From Candidatus Omnitrophota bacterium (lineage in GTDB: Bacteria > Omnitrophota > Gorgyraeia > Tantalellales > Tantalellaceae), in contig JBARQV010000033.1 of NCBI GenBank assembly GCA_049643885.1, positions 11,229 to 75,228 on the forward strand: a DNA stretch of 64,000 bases, given 5' to 3'. Position 1 is the first letter of the stretch. Every line of letters starts with the position of its first letter. The notes under the pieces are model-generated. The model ran no database searches and was not told the origin of the DNA. It saw nothing but the letters and a program-made list of their open reading frames with translations. A program made the translations under genes and the position numbers. Of this stretch, positions 54,801 through 64,000 are shown piece after piece.

Positions 54801-55479
54801 CAGGGGCCAGATCGAAGAACTCAGGACGAAACTGGACAGGATGGGAGAGGTCAGTCTCGGGGCGATGGAAGAACATGACCAGCTTCAGCAGCGTTATGAC
54901 TTTCTCGTAAAACAAAGAGACGACCTGGTAAAAGGCGAGGAGTCTCTCATGCAGGCTATCGCCAGGATCAATCGGACCACCCGCAAGATGTTCGTGGAGA
55001 CATTTGAAGCGATAAGGAATGAGTTCCGCGATTACTACCGCATGTTGTTCAACGGCGGCAGGGCCGACCTGATCCTTACAGACGAGTCTAACCTACTGGA
55101 AAGCGGAGTAGATATAGTCGCCAAGCCTCCCGGGAAAAAACTGCAGAATATATCACTGCTTTCCGGAGGAGAAAAGTCCCTCACGGCCATAGCCCTGGTA
55201 TTCGCGCTTTTCAAGGTAAACCCGAGCCCGTTCTGTATCCTGGACGAGATAGACGCGCCGCTTGACGAATCGAACGTTGTGCGGTTCAGCCGCGTTCTGC
55301 AGGAGTTCCTCAAGACTTCGCAGTTCATCATCGTTACACATAACCGGACGACAATACGGCTGGCGGATGTCCTGTACGGAGTGACCATGCAGGAAAAAGG
55401 CGTCTCGAAGATCGTCTCTGTGAAGTTTAAGGACGAGGACGAACTGCTCGCGGAAGAGGCTGCCCAGGTAGCCGCTTAG
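51886..55479 (+). CDS. smc: Chromosome segregation protein SMC
   Basis: N-terminal Walker A GPNGCGKSN, long coiled coils, C-terminal LSGGEKSLTAIALVFA signature and D-loop ILDEIDAPLD; GTG start after AAGGGAG RBS. Confidence 0.9.
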   Translation: MYFKSLEIVGFKSFLNKTKLKFEPGVTTIVGPNGCGKSNVVDSIKWVLGEQSSKSMRSSSMQDVIFNGTDKYDPVSMAEVSLTLSNEDRALPVDYDEVTISRRLFRSGESVYFLNKTPVRLTDVRELLLGTGIGTSSYSIVEQGRLDMILNAKPEDRRYVFEEASGITKFKAKKREALLKLEHTRNNLIRITDIIHEVERQIKAIERHARKAEKYKAFYDQLKDLDVKLSYRNYVDLEKESSSLERSSGEIGELSGKLKAWLEEATGTLVRQKEEYNQVVGDLQATQGQVMKLRSDVDKNNHVMSVNGERIQELKRYTEQLDKEIKEISGRQDALCSRLERLEVRCSDITGQRRGKEEKLAGLEENVKRILGIVEENKKRMKENREKTLDIVSEQTKTKNMLIKMNADIQNMMARERRLRTEKSNVEAEKEAVSFELEKAEERAGQVREELDRKVLEFREFSDAYSKKQQELSALNEEKRNKEKRLNEIKPRREFLEKLISEREGIGESVKAIIRCVETGDIRLAGVRGILSEIINVGQGYEESLEFLLGDVSQAIVVETKEAAAHVIRYLEDNSLGNVSFVILDELEGSAGNFTPEDGRFSNVTRILAGDERCRAALCNMLRDVFVTERREGSGSLIEEGGVVTGRIIGEKGEVRQKGMYRSRNYSQKEMISLFGRREKVAQLREEEEGIKKQLSDISEAVRGLEEWLEKSVVEKERIEAELREKQMEFAAAQSRRGAVKEKVDALNDEILLLQTELEEEISSIKQLREEGEALNQRLNEIESESAKLEELIEESQGIIQEGAQEREKALYAISDLKAELSALRKEEENLTDNLHREKENYSRIDLEVRGRHDRIENNGRRAGELEKEISDLEVKNREHQAEIEKKSAEIEEKAGRKGSLEQVITQAESAIKRAAQELEEARNKARDVEISRKEIEYKRTNLIDKIRDAYKVDLSRIEVDLDGQSLDWEAARGQIEELRTKLDRMGEVSLGAMEEHDQLQQRYDFLVKQRDDLVKGEESLMQAIARINRTTRKMFVETFEAIRNEFRDYYRMLFNGGRADLILTDESNLLESGVDIVAKPPGKKLQNISLLSGGEKSLTAIALVFALFKVNPSPFCILDEIDAPLDESNVVRFSRVLQEFLKTSQFIIVTHNRTTIRLADVLYGVTMQEKGVSKIVSVKFKDEDELLAEEAAQVAA

Positions 55480-56708
55480 GAAGGCTTTTTCATTCTAGCA
55501 GGATCAAAAACGCAGGTCTTGTTTTTTCCGGTCTGCTTCGCGGCATAGAGCGCAAGGTCCGCTTTCTCTACAAGATCATCCCCTACTCCGCTGTCGGCGG
55601 GAAAAGTCGCCAGCCCGAGACTTATGGTCAATTTCAGGTCTTCCGGAAGAGAATCATAAAATTTAAAAGAGTTATAGACTTCCATACGCAGCCTTTCGGC
55701 TATGATCTGGGCGTTGCTTTTGTCAGTGTTTGACATGATGATGCAGAATTCCTCGCCGCCGTACCTGCACACAAAGTCTGTTTTGCGCGAAAACCGGTCA
55801 AGGGTCCCGGCAACTCTTTTTATGGCTTTATCTCCCTCCTGGTGACCCAGGGTATCGTTGTAGTTCTTGAAATTATCTATGTCTAACATGAGAAGGCTTA
55901 GACAAGAGTCTTTGTCAGTGGCTTCCATGAGCATAGTGTCGAGTGCCTGATGGAAATGACGCGTATTCCATAACCCGGTCAGCCAGTCAGTTCTTGAAAG
56001 ACGGACGGTCTCCTGGTAAAGACGCGAATTTTCAATGGCCAGGGCGGCCTGGTCGGCGAACATGTTCAATATCCGTATATGGTCTTTTGTGATAGGGTTG
56101 CGGGAGGAAATATTGTCGGCCAGTATCGCGCCAAGGGTCCTGTTGCTTGTCTTAAGCGGAACAGTTACGAAAAGATCAGCATTCAGGAGATTCTTTATAT
56201 CGTCGTGGACTTTTGATTTCGCTTCTTCAGTATTGATCTCGAAGGGCATGCCTTCCAGTATGGTCAAGGCCAGGATCCCGGTGTCTTCTTTGAGGGGTAT
56301 GCTTATACCTTTTACTATGCTGTTCAGCTTTGATTCCGGATCTTTTTTAAATCTTTCATAAGCCGTCGCAAGCGCCTGCAGGGGAAGGCGCTTTGCGTCG
56401 ATAGAATGCCAGACCTTATCGGCTTCTTCCGCGGAGTGCGGGCCGATTCCCATTTTCCCCTCAAGCGTCTTTTTATCTTCATTGACCATAAAAAGCATGG
56501 CCCTGTCAAACCCAAGTCCCTCATGAGATGTGACAGAGGTGAGTATCGTGTACAGTATCTGATCAAGTTCCAGTGATTGCATTATGGAATTGGTGATCTC
56601 TGAGAGCATCACAAGCTCATGCTTGGTCTTCTCGTAGAGATCCCTTAATTCCGAGTTATTTTTTTCAATTTCGGAAACAATCTGATTTTCAGCAAGCCGT
56701 TTATTCAT
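55476..56708 (-). CDS. GAF-domain diguanylate cyclase (GGDEF, here GGEEF)
   Basis: C-terminal GGDEF domain motifs RSDWLTGLWNTRHF, LMLDIDNFKNYND, RYGGEEF; N-terminal GAF-like region; 4-nt tail overlap with smc. Confidence 0.85.
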   Translation of the reverse strand: MNKRLAENQIVSEIEKNNSELRDLYEKTKHELVMLSEITNSIMQSLELDQILYTILTSVTSHEGLGFDRAMLFMVNEDKKTLEGKMGIGPHSAEEADKVWHSIDAKRLPLQALATAYERFKKDPESKLNSIVKGISIPLKEDTGILALTILEGMPFEINTEEAKSKVHDDIKNLLNADLFVTVPLKTSNRTLGAILADNISSRNPITKDHIRILNMFADQAALAIENSRLYQETVRLSRTDWLTGLWNTRHFHQALDTMLMEATDKDSCLSLLMLDIDNFKNYNDTLGHQEGDKAIKRVAGTLDRFSRKTDFVCRYGGEEFCIIMSNTDKSNAQIIAERLRMEVYNSFKFYDSLPEDLKLTISLGLATFPADSGVGDDLVEKADLALYAAKQTGKNKTCVFDPARMKKPS

Positions 56709-56820
56709 AATTAAATAAAGTCTATATTATTATTGGGTCAAAGTCAACCCGGAAGCGTTAATTTTTTGAAAAGTAAGATAGTCTTGAGGTTAGAATATAA
56801 AATAGCTAGATATATTTATG

Positions 56821-56849
56821 TTGACTTTTATTGGACTAACTGTTAATAT
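56821..56849 (+). promoter_or_regulatory. Candidate sigma70 promoter (TTGACT-N17-TAATAT) for the downstream giant gene
   Basis: Good -35/-10 with 17-nt spacer in AT-rich leader about 60 nt upstream of the ORF; flanked by TTGACT/AGTCAA inverted repeat. Confidence 0.45.
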
Positions 56850-56906
56850 ATAGTCAACTTACAAGTTAAGAGATAAAATATCAAGAAGGACTTGTGAAAG
56901 CGGTTA

Positions 56907-59900
56907 TGTGGACGAAAAGTAAACCAATAAAAATATGTATTCGTGTAATTGCAGCTATAACTCTGCTCTGTTTCATTACATTAGACATAGCATGGGCTTA
57001 TCCTGTAGACGGCAGAACCTCCCCTGAAACCCTTCTCCAGCAGACTCTATTCACTTCAAACGAAAAGGCAGAATCACTCAGCAAAGTAGCCATTCGATAT
57101 TTCCGCATAATGGTCGAGCTGTATTTCGACGACCTTCCAATAGCCGGCGTTGAAGAGAAAGCAAAAGAGATGCTGAAAATAGTCCAGGAAGCCGCAGAAA
57201 GGCTTGCCGGGCAGGAAGAGGCTGTAAGAATGCGGGAGAATAACCGTTTCAGCGTGGAAAGCAGTATAGGCCAGGTCCTTTTTAAGATAGATAGCGGGGA
57301 CATAGTCCTAAAATTCTTCTTTCCCCAGTACAGGGAACTCGAGGCAGCAAACCAGGGATTTGACGTGAAAGAAGAGAGAACATTTCACACGTATCTGAAA
57401 TACCAGGTCCTAAAGGCGAAGCAACGAGAAGCAGGGAGGACAGACAGAAAGACTGTTCAGGGGGAGAGGCCGGCCGCGACGGAAAACATCGAGCAGATCA
57501 TAGAGCATATAAGGGAAAAACTTGATAGAAACGAAAAGGTCATGGTGCTGGTCGACGGTGACCCGGGGACCGGTAAAACGGATATAATCGCTCCCGGAAT
57601 AAGAAAAGCTTTCTCATCCTGCAAGGTGATAGCGCTCGATGATTATATAAGGTCCAGAGACAGCGTAAACTATGTTGATGTCCGCCGGCTTGAAGGCGAC
57701 CTCTGGGCCGCGCAAAGGGAAAATGTAGATGTTATCGTTTTTGAAGGATTGAACCTGCAGTTCGCTCTGGACGAGATAAAAGCCCAGCCTTCACCTTTCC
57801 AGGAATACATTTATCAGCTTATGGGCCGCAAGCCGGTCGGTATCAGGGCGATTGTAGACGACGAGCAGGAGCGGATCGACTTTATCAAGAAGACTTCTCC
57901 TACCGCCGATATATTCAGGGCAAGGATGAGATACAGGCAGGGGAGCGAGTACGACCTGAAAGATGGCTACGATTTCATATTCAGGCGTAAGACCGCGAAA
58001 ACGAGCCTCCAAGAGATGCTTTCCAGGGATGCGGAGAGGGCGCCTCCTGTTAAATCCGGGATATTGAAGCTTGTTCTGGAGGACTCTCCGGAGAAGTTCA
58101 TGCCCGAGTACCGTGAAAAAGTAGAGGCATTTTTGGAGGTGATCGGCGAGGAATTCGGGTGGGAGCTTATAGACGATATTACGACTACCGAGGATCTTAA
58201 TGAAAAGGCGCTGGAAAGATTAGAGAAGGAGATATGTTCCCTTTATTCCCATCCTGATTACGTTAAAGGGAACGAGCAGTATACCCAGGAGCTGAGGAGG
58301 CACGTGGATAGTGTGATCTATCTTGTTAAAAGCATGGCCCTGGGCAGCGGATTCGACAAAAAGACGGCCGCGGCTCTCGGGGTGGTCGCAGCCGCGCATG
58401 ATCTGGGGAAACTCAAGACCCCGGAGAAGCTGGCCCTCCATTATTCCGAGAAATTGCTTGGCGAAATGACTTCCGGGGAAAGAAGCATGATCTTCGAACA
58501 TACGAAGGATTCTCTCACCATGCTGAAGGAAAACGGTATTAGACTTCCTCTTGAAGCCATTTTGCCCTTGGTTTTGATCCATGAGATCCCGACAGCCAGA
58601 GACCACCAGATCGTCGGGTATCTTCCGGCCATGGCGAAACTGCGGATACCGGGTGAAGACCAAAAGATCAGGGTGGAAGTCAAGACCCTTTTGAGGGAGA
58701 TAAGCCGGTCCCTGTGGAAGGCGCCCGCCGTAATGTCTATCACAGACCGGTTCTGCGCTTTCACCGAAAGGCGTCCTTATCACCGGGGAAGGGTAATAGG
58801 CCATGAAAAAGACATCAGCCACGGCTTTTTGAAATTCCAGGAGCACGAGGGATATCTTGATAACGATGCAGTAAGGGCTGTTGAACCGGTCCTTATAGAT
58901 TATTTTAAGAAGCTGGAAGGAGACCGGACGGAAAGGGAAGACGGCGGCACTTTGCCCGCCGTGATCCCGATACAATTTACACTTGGGCAGTATCTGGCCG
59001 GCGTGGCGGTTTTCTTGATCCTTTTTGTGAACCTGTGGGCGCTTTTAAAGATAATGTGGGCGAAAAGAAGATTGCGCCAGTATCTGCAGGATAAAAGGCC
59101 TTTAAATAATGTGCAGGTCAGGGGCGGTTATCCGACGTTGTCTATAATAAGAGGCGTCAGGGTAGCGGCCGGAATAGATCCGGAAGGCCGGGTCGTTACG
59201 GAAACCTGGAAAAGGAGCCGCATCCTGGGGCCTCTGGATCTGCTTTTATTTTTAGTTTATTTTCCCGTCCGCCTGCTTATAGGTTTGAAAGAAATTTTTT
59301 CCGGTAAAGAAATGGTGCCGCCCGGCGATGGCCGTGAAAACTCCAAACCGCAAAGGTGGGCAGCTCCGACTCAGAGGACAGAAGTAACATCTAAGAGTGA
59401 AGCTCCACCCGTGTCTTCGGGGAAGGCAAGGGTAAGAGTCGCCGACACGCATCGTATGTTAACAGAACTTCTTACGAATGAGAACTGGAGGGATTATAGT
59501 TTTACAAGGGAATATTTTACAGAGCGTTTCACGGAGGAAGTTATTATAAGAGCATTCGATGTTCTTGTAAAGCTTGGAATATTGAATGTTGATACGTCCG
59601 AGCAGCAATGGACTTACTGGTTTGCCGATCCGTACCGGAACATGCCTAATGAAAATCTTGCCTGGATAAGTAACCATCTTATCAGGACCCTGCCCCAGGC
59701 CCCGTCAGAAATTGAATTGGGTATTGTAAGAAAAAGCCTGGGATCTTTCACCGGCGAAGCCGTAGAAGATACGGCCGAAGAGGCCGCACCGGCAGGGGAA
59801 GAGCCGATGGAAGAAGTCACTTCCGTAGAAGGTGTCCTTATTATCAGGATAGTCGCCGCGATAGCCGCGGACGAAAAGCTGAGAAACGGCCAGTTTGACA

Positions 59901-62900
59901 GGACCGTGGTCGGGGACAAGATCGGTCAGTCTTTCGGTTTGTTAGAAGTGTTCAATAAAATGGTCCAGCGCGGGATACTGGTAATGATCAGGGACAAGTA
60001 CTGCCTGGCGGAATATTTGCGGACAATGTCCTCCACGGAACGCAGGGGATTGCTGGAGAAAAAACTTGGCATAGCCGTCACGGCAGAAGCGCCTGCAGCA
60101 TCTCCTGAAAGACCCGCGGCGCCGCCCGTCGCTGGTGACCGGGCTTCCGTAGAAGAGAGCCGAAAGGGCAATTTGCTCAGAGTGTTTGATACTATTGTTG
60201 CTGATGACAACCTGAAAAACAGTTCTTTCGGGCCCCATATCGAAGAACAGACCGGTCTCAACGTTGAAGCTCTTAAACCTGTGATCGACGAACTGGTAAT
60301 GTTAAGCGTGCTGGATATCGCCGGTGTGGGATACGTCCTTAATGTCCAGTACCGTATAGCTGGTCCCGAAGCAGTCGGAAGAGTGAGAAAGATCCTCGGC
60401 GGTTTGCCGGATCATATGAATGTCAGCGAGCGGCTTAAGACCAGGCAGGCGCTCCAGACAGCTCTTGCCGGGCTCGGAGCGTCTACTGAAGATCGTTCCC
60501 CGGGACAAACCGGTCCCGCGGAACAGCCCGTTATGCCGAAAGAACCGCGGAAGCTCAAACCGCACGAAACAGCCGCGGGTGAAGGAGGAATAACCCGGGA
60601 AAGCAGCGCCGTAAAGGTATTAAAAATAATAGTGGAAAATAAAGAACTGAAAACCGCAAGCTTTAATAGGGGCGGGCTCATGGAAAAAGCGGGAAATATG
60701 GAAATGGGGACCGCTTATCTAGGACTGGTCGATCTTGAAACGCTGGGGATATTAAAGGTACTGAATAAAAATAAACCCAAAGGTGAATGGGTGTACGAAC
60801 TCGGCGTTGAATACAGAGACGCGCCGGAAGAAGCGCTCAAGTCGATAATGGAAGACAAGGACCCGAACGGCCTGAGACGCATGTCGGACCAGGCAAAACC
60901 GGGGCAGATCGAAAAAGTCAAGATGTTCCTGAAGTTGAAGCTTGCCGGGAAAAGCGGCGCAAGCGGAACCAGCCCGGCCGGTTTTCTCGGTGGTTTTGTC
61001 CCCATGCCTTTACTGGCGAACGGAAGTTTGGGAGCGGGGAGTTATTTCAGCGTTATCGCGGTGCTGGCCGTGGCGGCCATGATCTATTACTACCTGCCGG
61101 TCTGGTGGAGAATATCGAAAGCGAAAAGCCTTTTTCGTAAGTACATGAAGGCAGAAGGAGACGATGAAAAGATAGATGTGAAAGGTGAAATTGAATCGGA
61201 AACAGATTTTGAGTTAATCCATTATCCAGCCACCATAACCGACAGTGCATATGAAATTCTGGTCGTCCAGGAAGGTGTAGAGGTAAGAGAGCGCACTTTA
61301 AAATTCTTAGGTGAAGAGCTTAAGGTCATTTGGACAGATTATACGACGACTAAAACAAAATTACTTTATCTTCCGCTTGAGATAGTGGCTTGGACTATTG
61401 CGATCATAGCTATCATCGCAGTTATCCCGTTCATGGTCATATATGCTGTCGGGAAAAATATCGTAAAAGATAATCCTTTCAGGACCCTTTACAGGACCTC
61501 TAAGGCAAGAAAGGTCCTAACTGAATATGTGACTCTACGGGATGAACTTGAGAGCGACAAGCCGATGGACCCGTTTGAGGCAGAAATAAAAGAGGAAAGG
61601 CTGGCTGAACTCGGGGCAAAATGGAAAATCGGACCTGCGCCGGGGCAGGGTATGAGTATAACATGTGATGCCTCTATACGCATAGCACCCGGGATAAGGA
61701 TGCTTTATGAATATAGCGGCCGCGGGAAGAAAAATGTATATACATTTGTAAGTTTAGGTAAATATGACGGGTATTTCTACAGGGCTCGTTTACGGAATGC
61801 CCCCATCGTAATTGCCATAGAATTTTATCGTCTTTACAGGAAGACGGTGAGCCTTGCGAAAAAGATGCCAAGATTCTTAGATGATCTGATCCGGGCGATC
61901 CCGGTAATAGATAAGAAGATCGTTTTTATTTTGGATAAATTTAACAGGAAGACAGACGGCGAAGAAGAAAAAGGCGAGAAAGCGGCTGAAGAGGAGATCG
62001 CGCTCGAAGACAAAGGTGATATTCTTAACGGCTTTAACGAGGTCGTGAAGAATTTTGTCAAGAAAAGCAATCCGGTCGAATTTACGCGCAAGGATTTCCG
62101 GGGAAAGAGGATAAAGAGCAAAAAAGGGAAAGAGGCCTTTTCATATACTACCTGCACGGCCGAGTTGGAAGGATTAGTAACGCTTGGGGTTTTGGCCGTG
62201 GACAATGCTCTAAGGCCATATAAGTATCAAGTAGATGAGAAATATCTCAGGGGTCCCCCGGAAGCGATCGAGAAAAGACTTGAAAAAGTAAGAGCTATTA
62301 TCGAAAGTGAAAACCTGCCTGCCGATCCAACTGCAAAAAAACTCAGAGAATTAAAAGAAAGAATGGAAGATGAGGCCTTTACGGAAGAAGAAAAGGCCGT
62401 TCTCGCCGAAAGCAGAGAGATAACCGACCGCAAATACAAGGAAGCCCTGCTCAAAGACGAAGCCGTAGTGAAATTCTACCTGGAACTGCTTTACGGATTG
62501 AATCTGGAACTTTACGCCCTTGCTTACGAACGTATGCATCTTGAGGATTCCGGGGGACCGGCGAAAGAACTTGCCGGGATAAAAAAGAAAATAAGCAATT
62601 TGCGAAGACGGTCCGAAAGAGAGATCAATAAATTCAAGAAAATGAAATACAGCGGTCCTGCGATCAGGCGGTATGAAAATTACCGGGGCAAGGCCAAGGA
62701 ACACTTCAGGGAAGCCATCGAGCTTATAGGCAGGGAAAAGCTTGATGAGGAGACGATCAAGGCTTTCAGGGGCATGATGGGAAGGGCGATAAATGACCTT
62801 AAAGCGGACAGGATGTGGCTTCTCGGCAGGAGACTTGAGAGAAAACGGAGAGCCAAAAGGGTCTGGATAGACGAAAAGAACGGTAAATATATATTAGTCG

Positions 62901-64000
62901 AGGGCCGCTGGGTCGGCAAAGGCGCGCCTCAGCTTAAAAAACACAGGACTGCTTACAGTTACCTGTGGGACGCTTTCCGCGCTACGGACCACAAGATAGA
63001 TTCGGAAGATGAAAACCTGCTCTGGATAACGCCTGTCATAGATGAATTAAAGAGCATCCGGGATCATCTGCAGGAAAACGAGAAAACACCTTCATCTGTG
63101 CCGGAAAAAGAGATCAGGGAACTAGTGAAGAGGTTGAGTGCCGTCCTGGAGCAGTTAAAAGGGGTGAAAGTCGAGGAAAAGAGGTTCGCACGGTATACCC
63201 TTGACGCGGTCGCCAGGCTCGTCCGCATAAGAAAAATCGACACCGCGAGAGGGCTGTTGACGACAGCCGTGAGGCTTTTTGAGGATAGACGTAACAGCGT
63301 GGAAGACATACTTGAGAACATAAAAACAGGAAGCCTGAACGCGCTTCGCGATAAGGTGGAAAAACGGAACAAGGATATCGCGGGACGAACGGAAAGGATC
63401 ATCGAATACTTTAAAAAAGGCGGGGATGACAATACAAGAAAAGCCCTCGGAGAATTAAGAGGATTAAAGAGGCTCAGGTGGATGCGGGAGCCGGAATATT
63501 CCGGGCTTGACCGGCAACTGTTCTTGTGCGTGCAGAGCGTGGCGTCCGGCAGGCCGGACATGGAAAAGATAGAGTCGACTATGCGCATTGTGAAGTCAAG
63601 GGCCAAAAACGCGGATATCCTTTCGCACTTTATGGAGGATTACAGAGACCTGCATGAGCTTTGGCTTTTAGGAAAGAGGCCGGACCTGAGAACAGAGTTT
63701 GACGTCTTCAAATTCACATTCCAGGAATATCTCAGCAAGGCCGACAGGATACGAGGCAGGCCCGGAAGGATCGGGTCCTGCGAAGAAGTTCAGCGCGCTC
63801 CCCGGACTTTCTGGACAAGATTCCATCAAGCCGCTTTTATCCCGTTCCGGATGGATGACCCGTCCGGCAGGACGGATAAAAAAGGAAAACCTGTAAGAGT
63901 GTTCAACCCGGCGTTCCAGGCCGTTTCAGATATGATGCTGATCCAGCTCTTGCCTGATCTAAAGCATATCGTGACCGCTCTTAAAAGAAAAGAGACCCGG
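56907..64000 (+). CDS. Giant multidomain protein, 3'-partial (no stop before window end; more than 2360 aa visible): N-terminal signal/anchor, uridine-kinase/PRK-like P-loop, HD-domain signature, four winged-helix-like repeats, internal TM helices, long helical C-terminal region
   Basis: Uninterrupted frame from 56895 (GTG) / 56907 (ATG) to position 64000; not in ORF track because it lacks a stop; all overlapping antisense ORFs are short. Confidence 0.85.
58240..58640 (+). other. HD-domain (metal-dependent phosphohydrolase) signature inside ORF 56907-
   Basis: RRHVDSVIYL ... LGVVAAAHDLGKLKTPE ... LIHEIP pattern H...HD...H typical of HD/HDIG domains. Confidence 0.45.

Overview
The window is dominated by seven very large same-strand (+) genes. 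Bases 8-40192 hold six consecutive ORFs that are about 98 percent coding. The first is 5'-truncated by the window edge, with 3012 aa visible; the others encode 3456, 2320, 905, 2454 and 1103 aa. Gaps between them are only 12-200 nt and every complete ORF has its own Shine-Dalgarno site. A seventh giant ORF starts at about 56907 and runs past the window end, with more than 2360 aa visible. Four of the giant proteins (starting at 9061, 19447, 29485 and 36881) share an N-terminal signal/anchor plus a conserved module of about 450 aa. That module carries the motifs 'IQDAHCN' and 'TGGFHxENL', which I cannot assign to any named domain family. Five share a conserved C-terminal tail ending in ...[KR]S[LV]-stop, and two share a C-terminal domain of about 250 aa. 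The central regions are mosaic and include recognisable enzymatic signatures. The first ORF has a transglutaminase-like Cys-His-Asp core and two HExxH motifs embedded in transmembrane blocks. The second ORF has a GlnE/GlnD-type nucleotidyltransferase, a Hanks-type Ser/Thr kinase, a second atypical kinase-like fold and a GNAT motif. The seventh giant ORF has a uridine-kinase/PRK-like P-loop, an HD-domain signature and four tandem winged-helix-like modules. The architecture (conserved N- and C-terminal parts around variable multi-enzyme centres, all with signal peptides or membrane modules) reads like a family of polymorphic giant secreted/envelope effector proteins. The sheer gene size is reminiscent of the giant genes reported in Omnitrophota-like bacteria; that comparison is inference only. 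Between the two giant loci, 41-56.7 kb holds ordinary housekeeping genes: an aldo/keto reductase, a GH1 beta-glucosidase, a BNR/Asp-box secreted protein, fabG-acpP-fabF, an acyl-CoA dehydrogenase with etfB and ferredoxin-fused etfA, a MerR-like HTH protein, smc and a GAF-GGDEF diguanylate cyclase. Intergenic regions carry two families of structured repeats: long hairpin arrays built from GATATCAGGG/CCCTGATATC units, and REP/MITE-like GGGATGACAT elements with UUCG-type hairpins. No rRNA, tRNA, CRISPR array, transposase or integrase was recognised.
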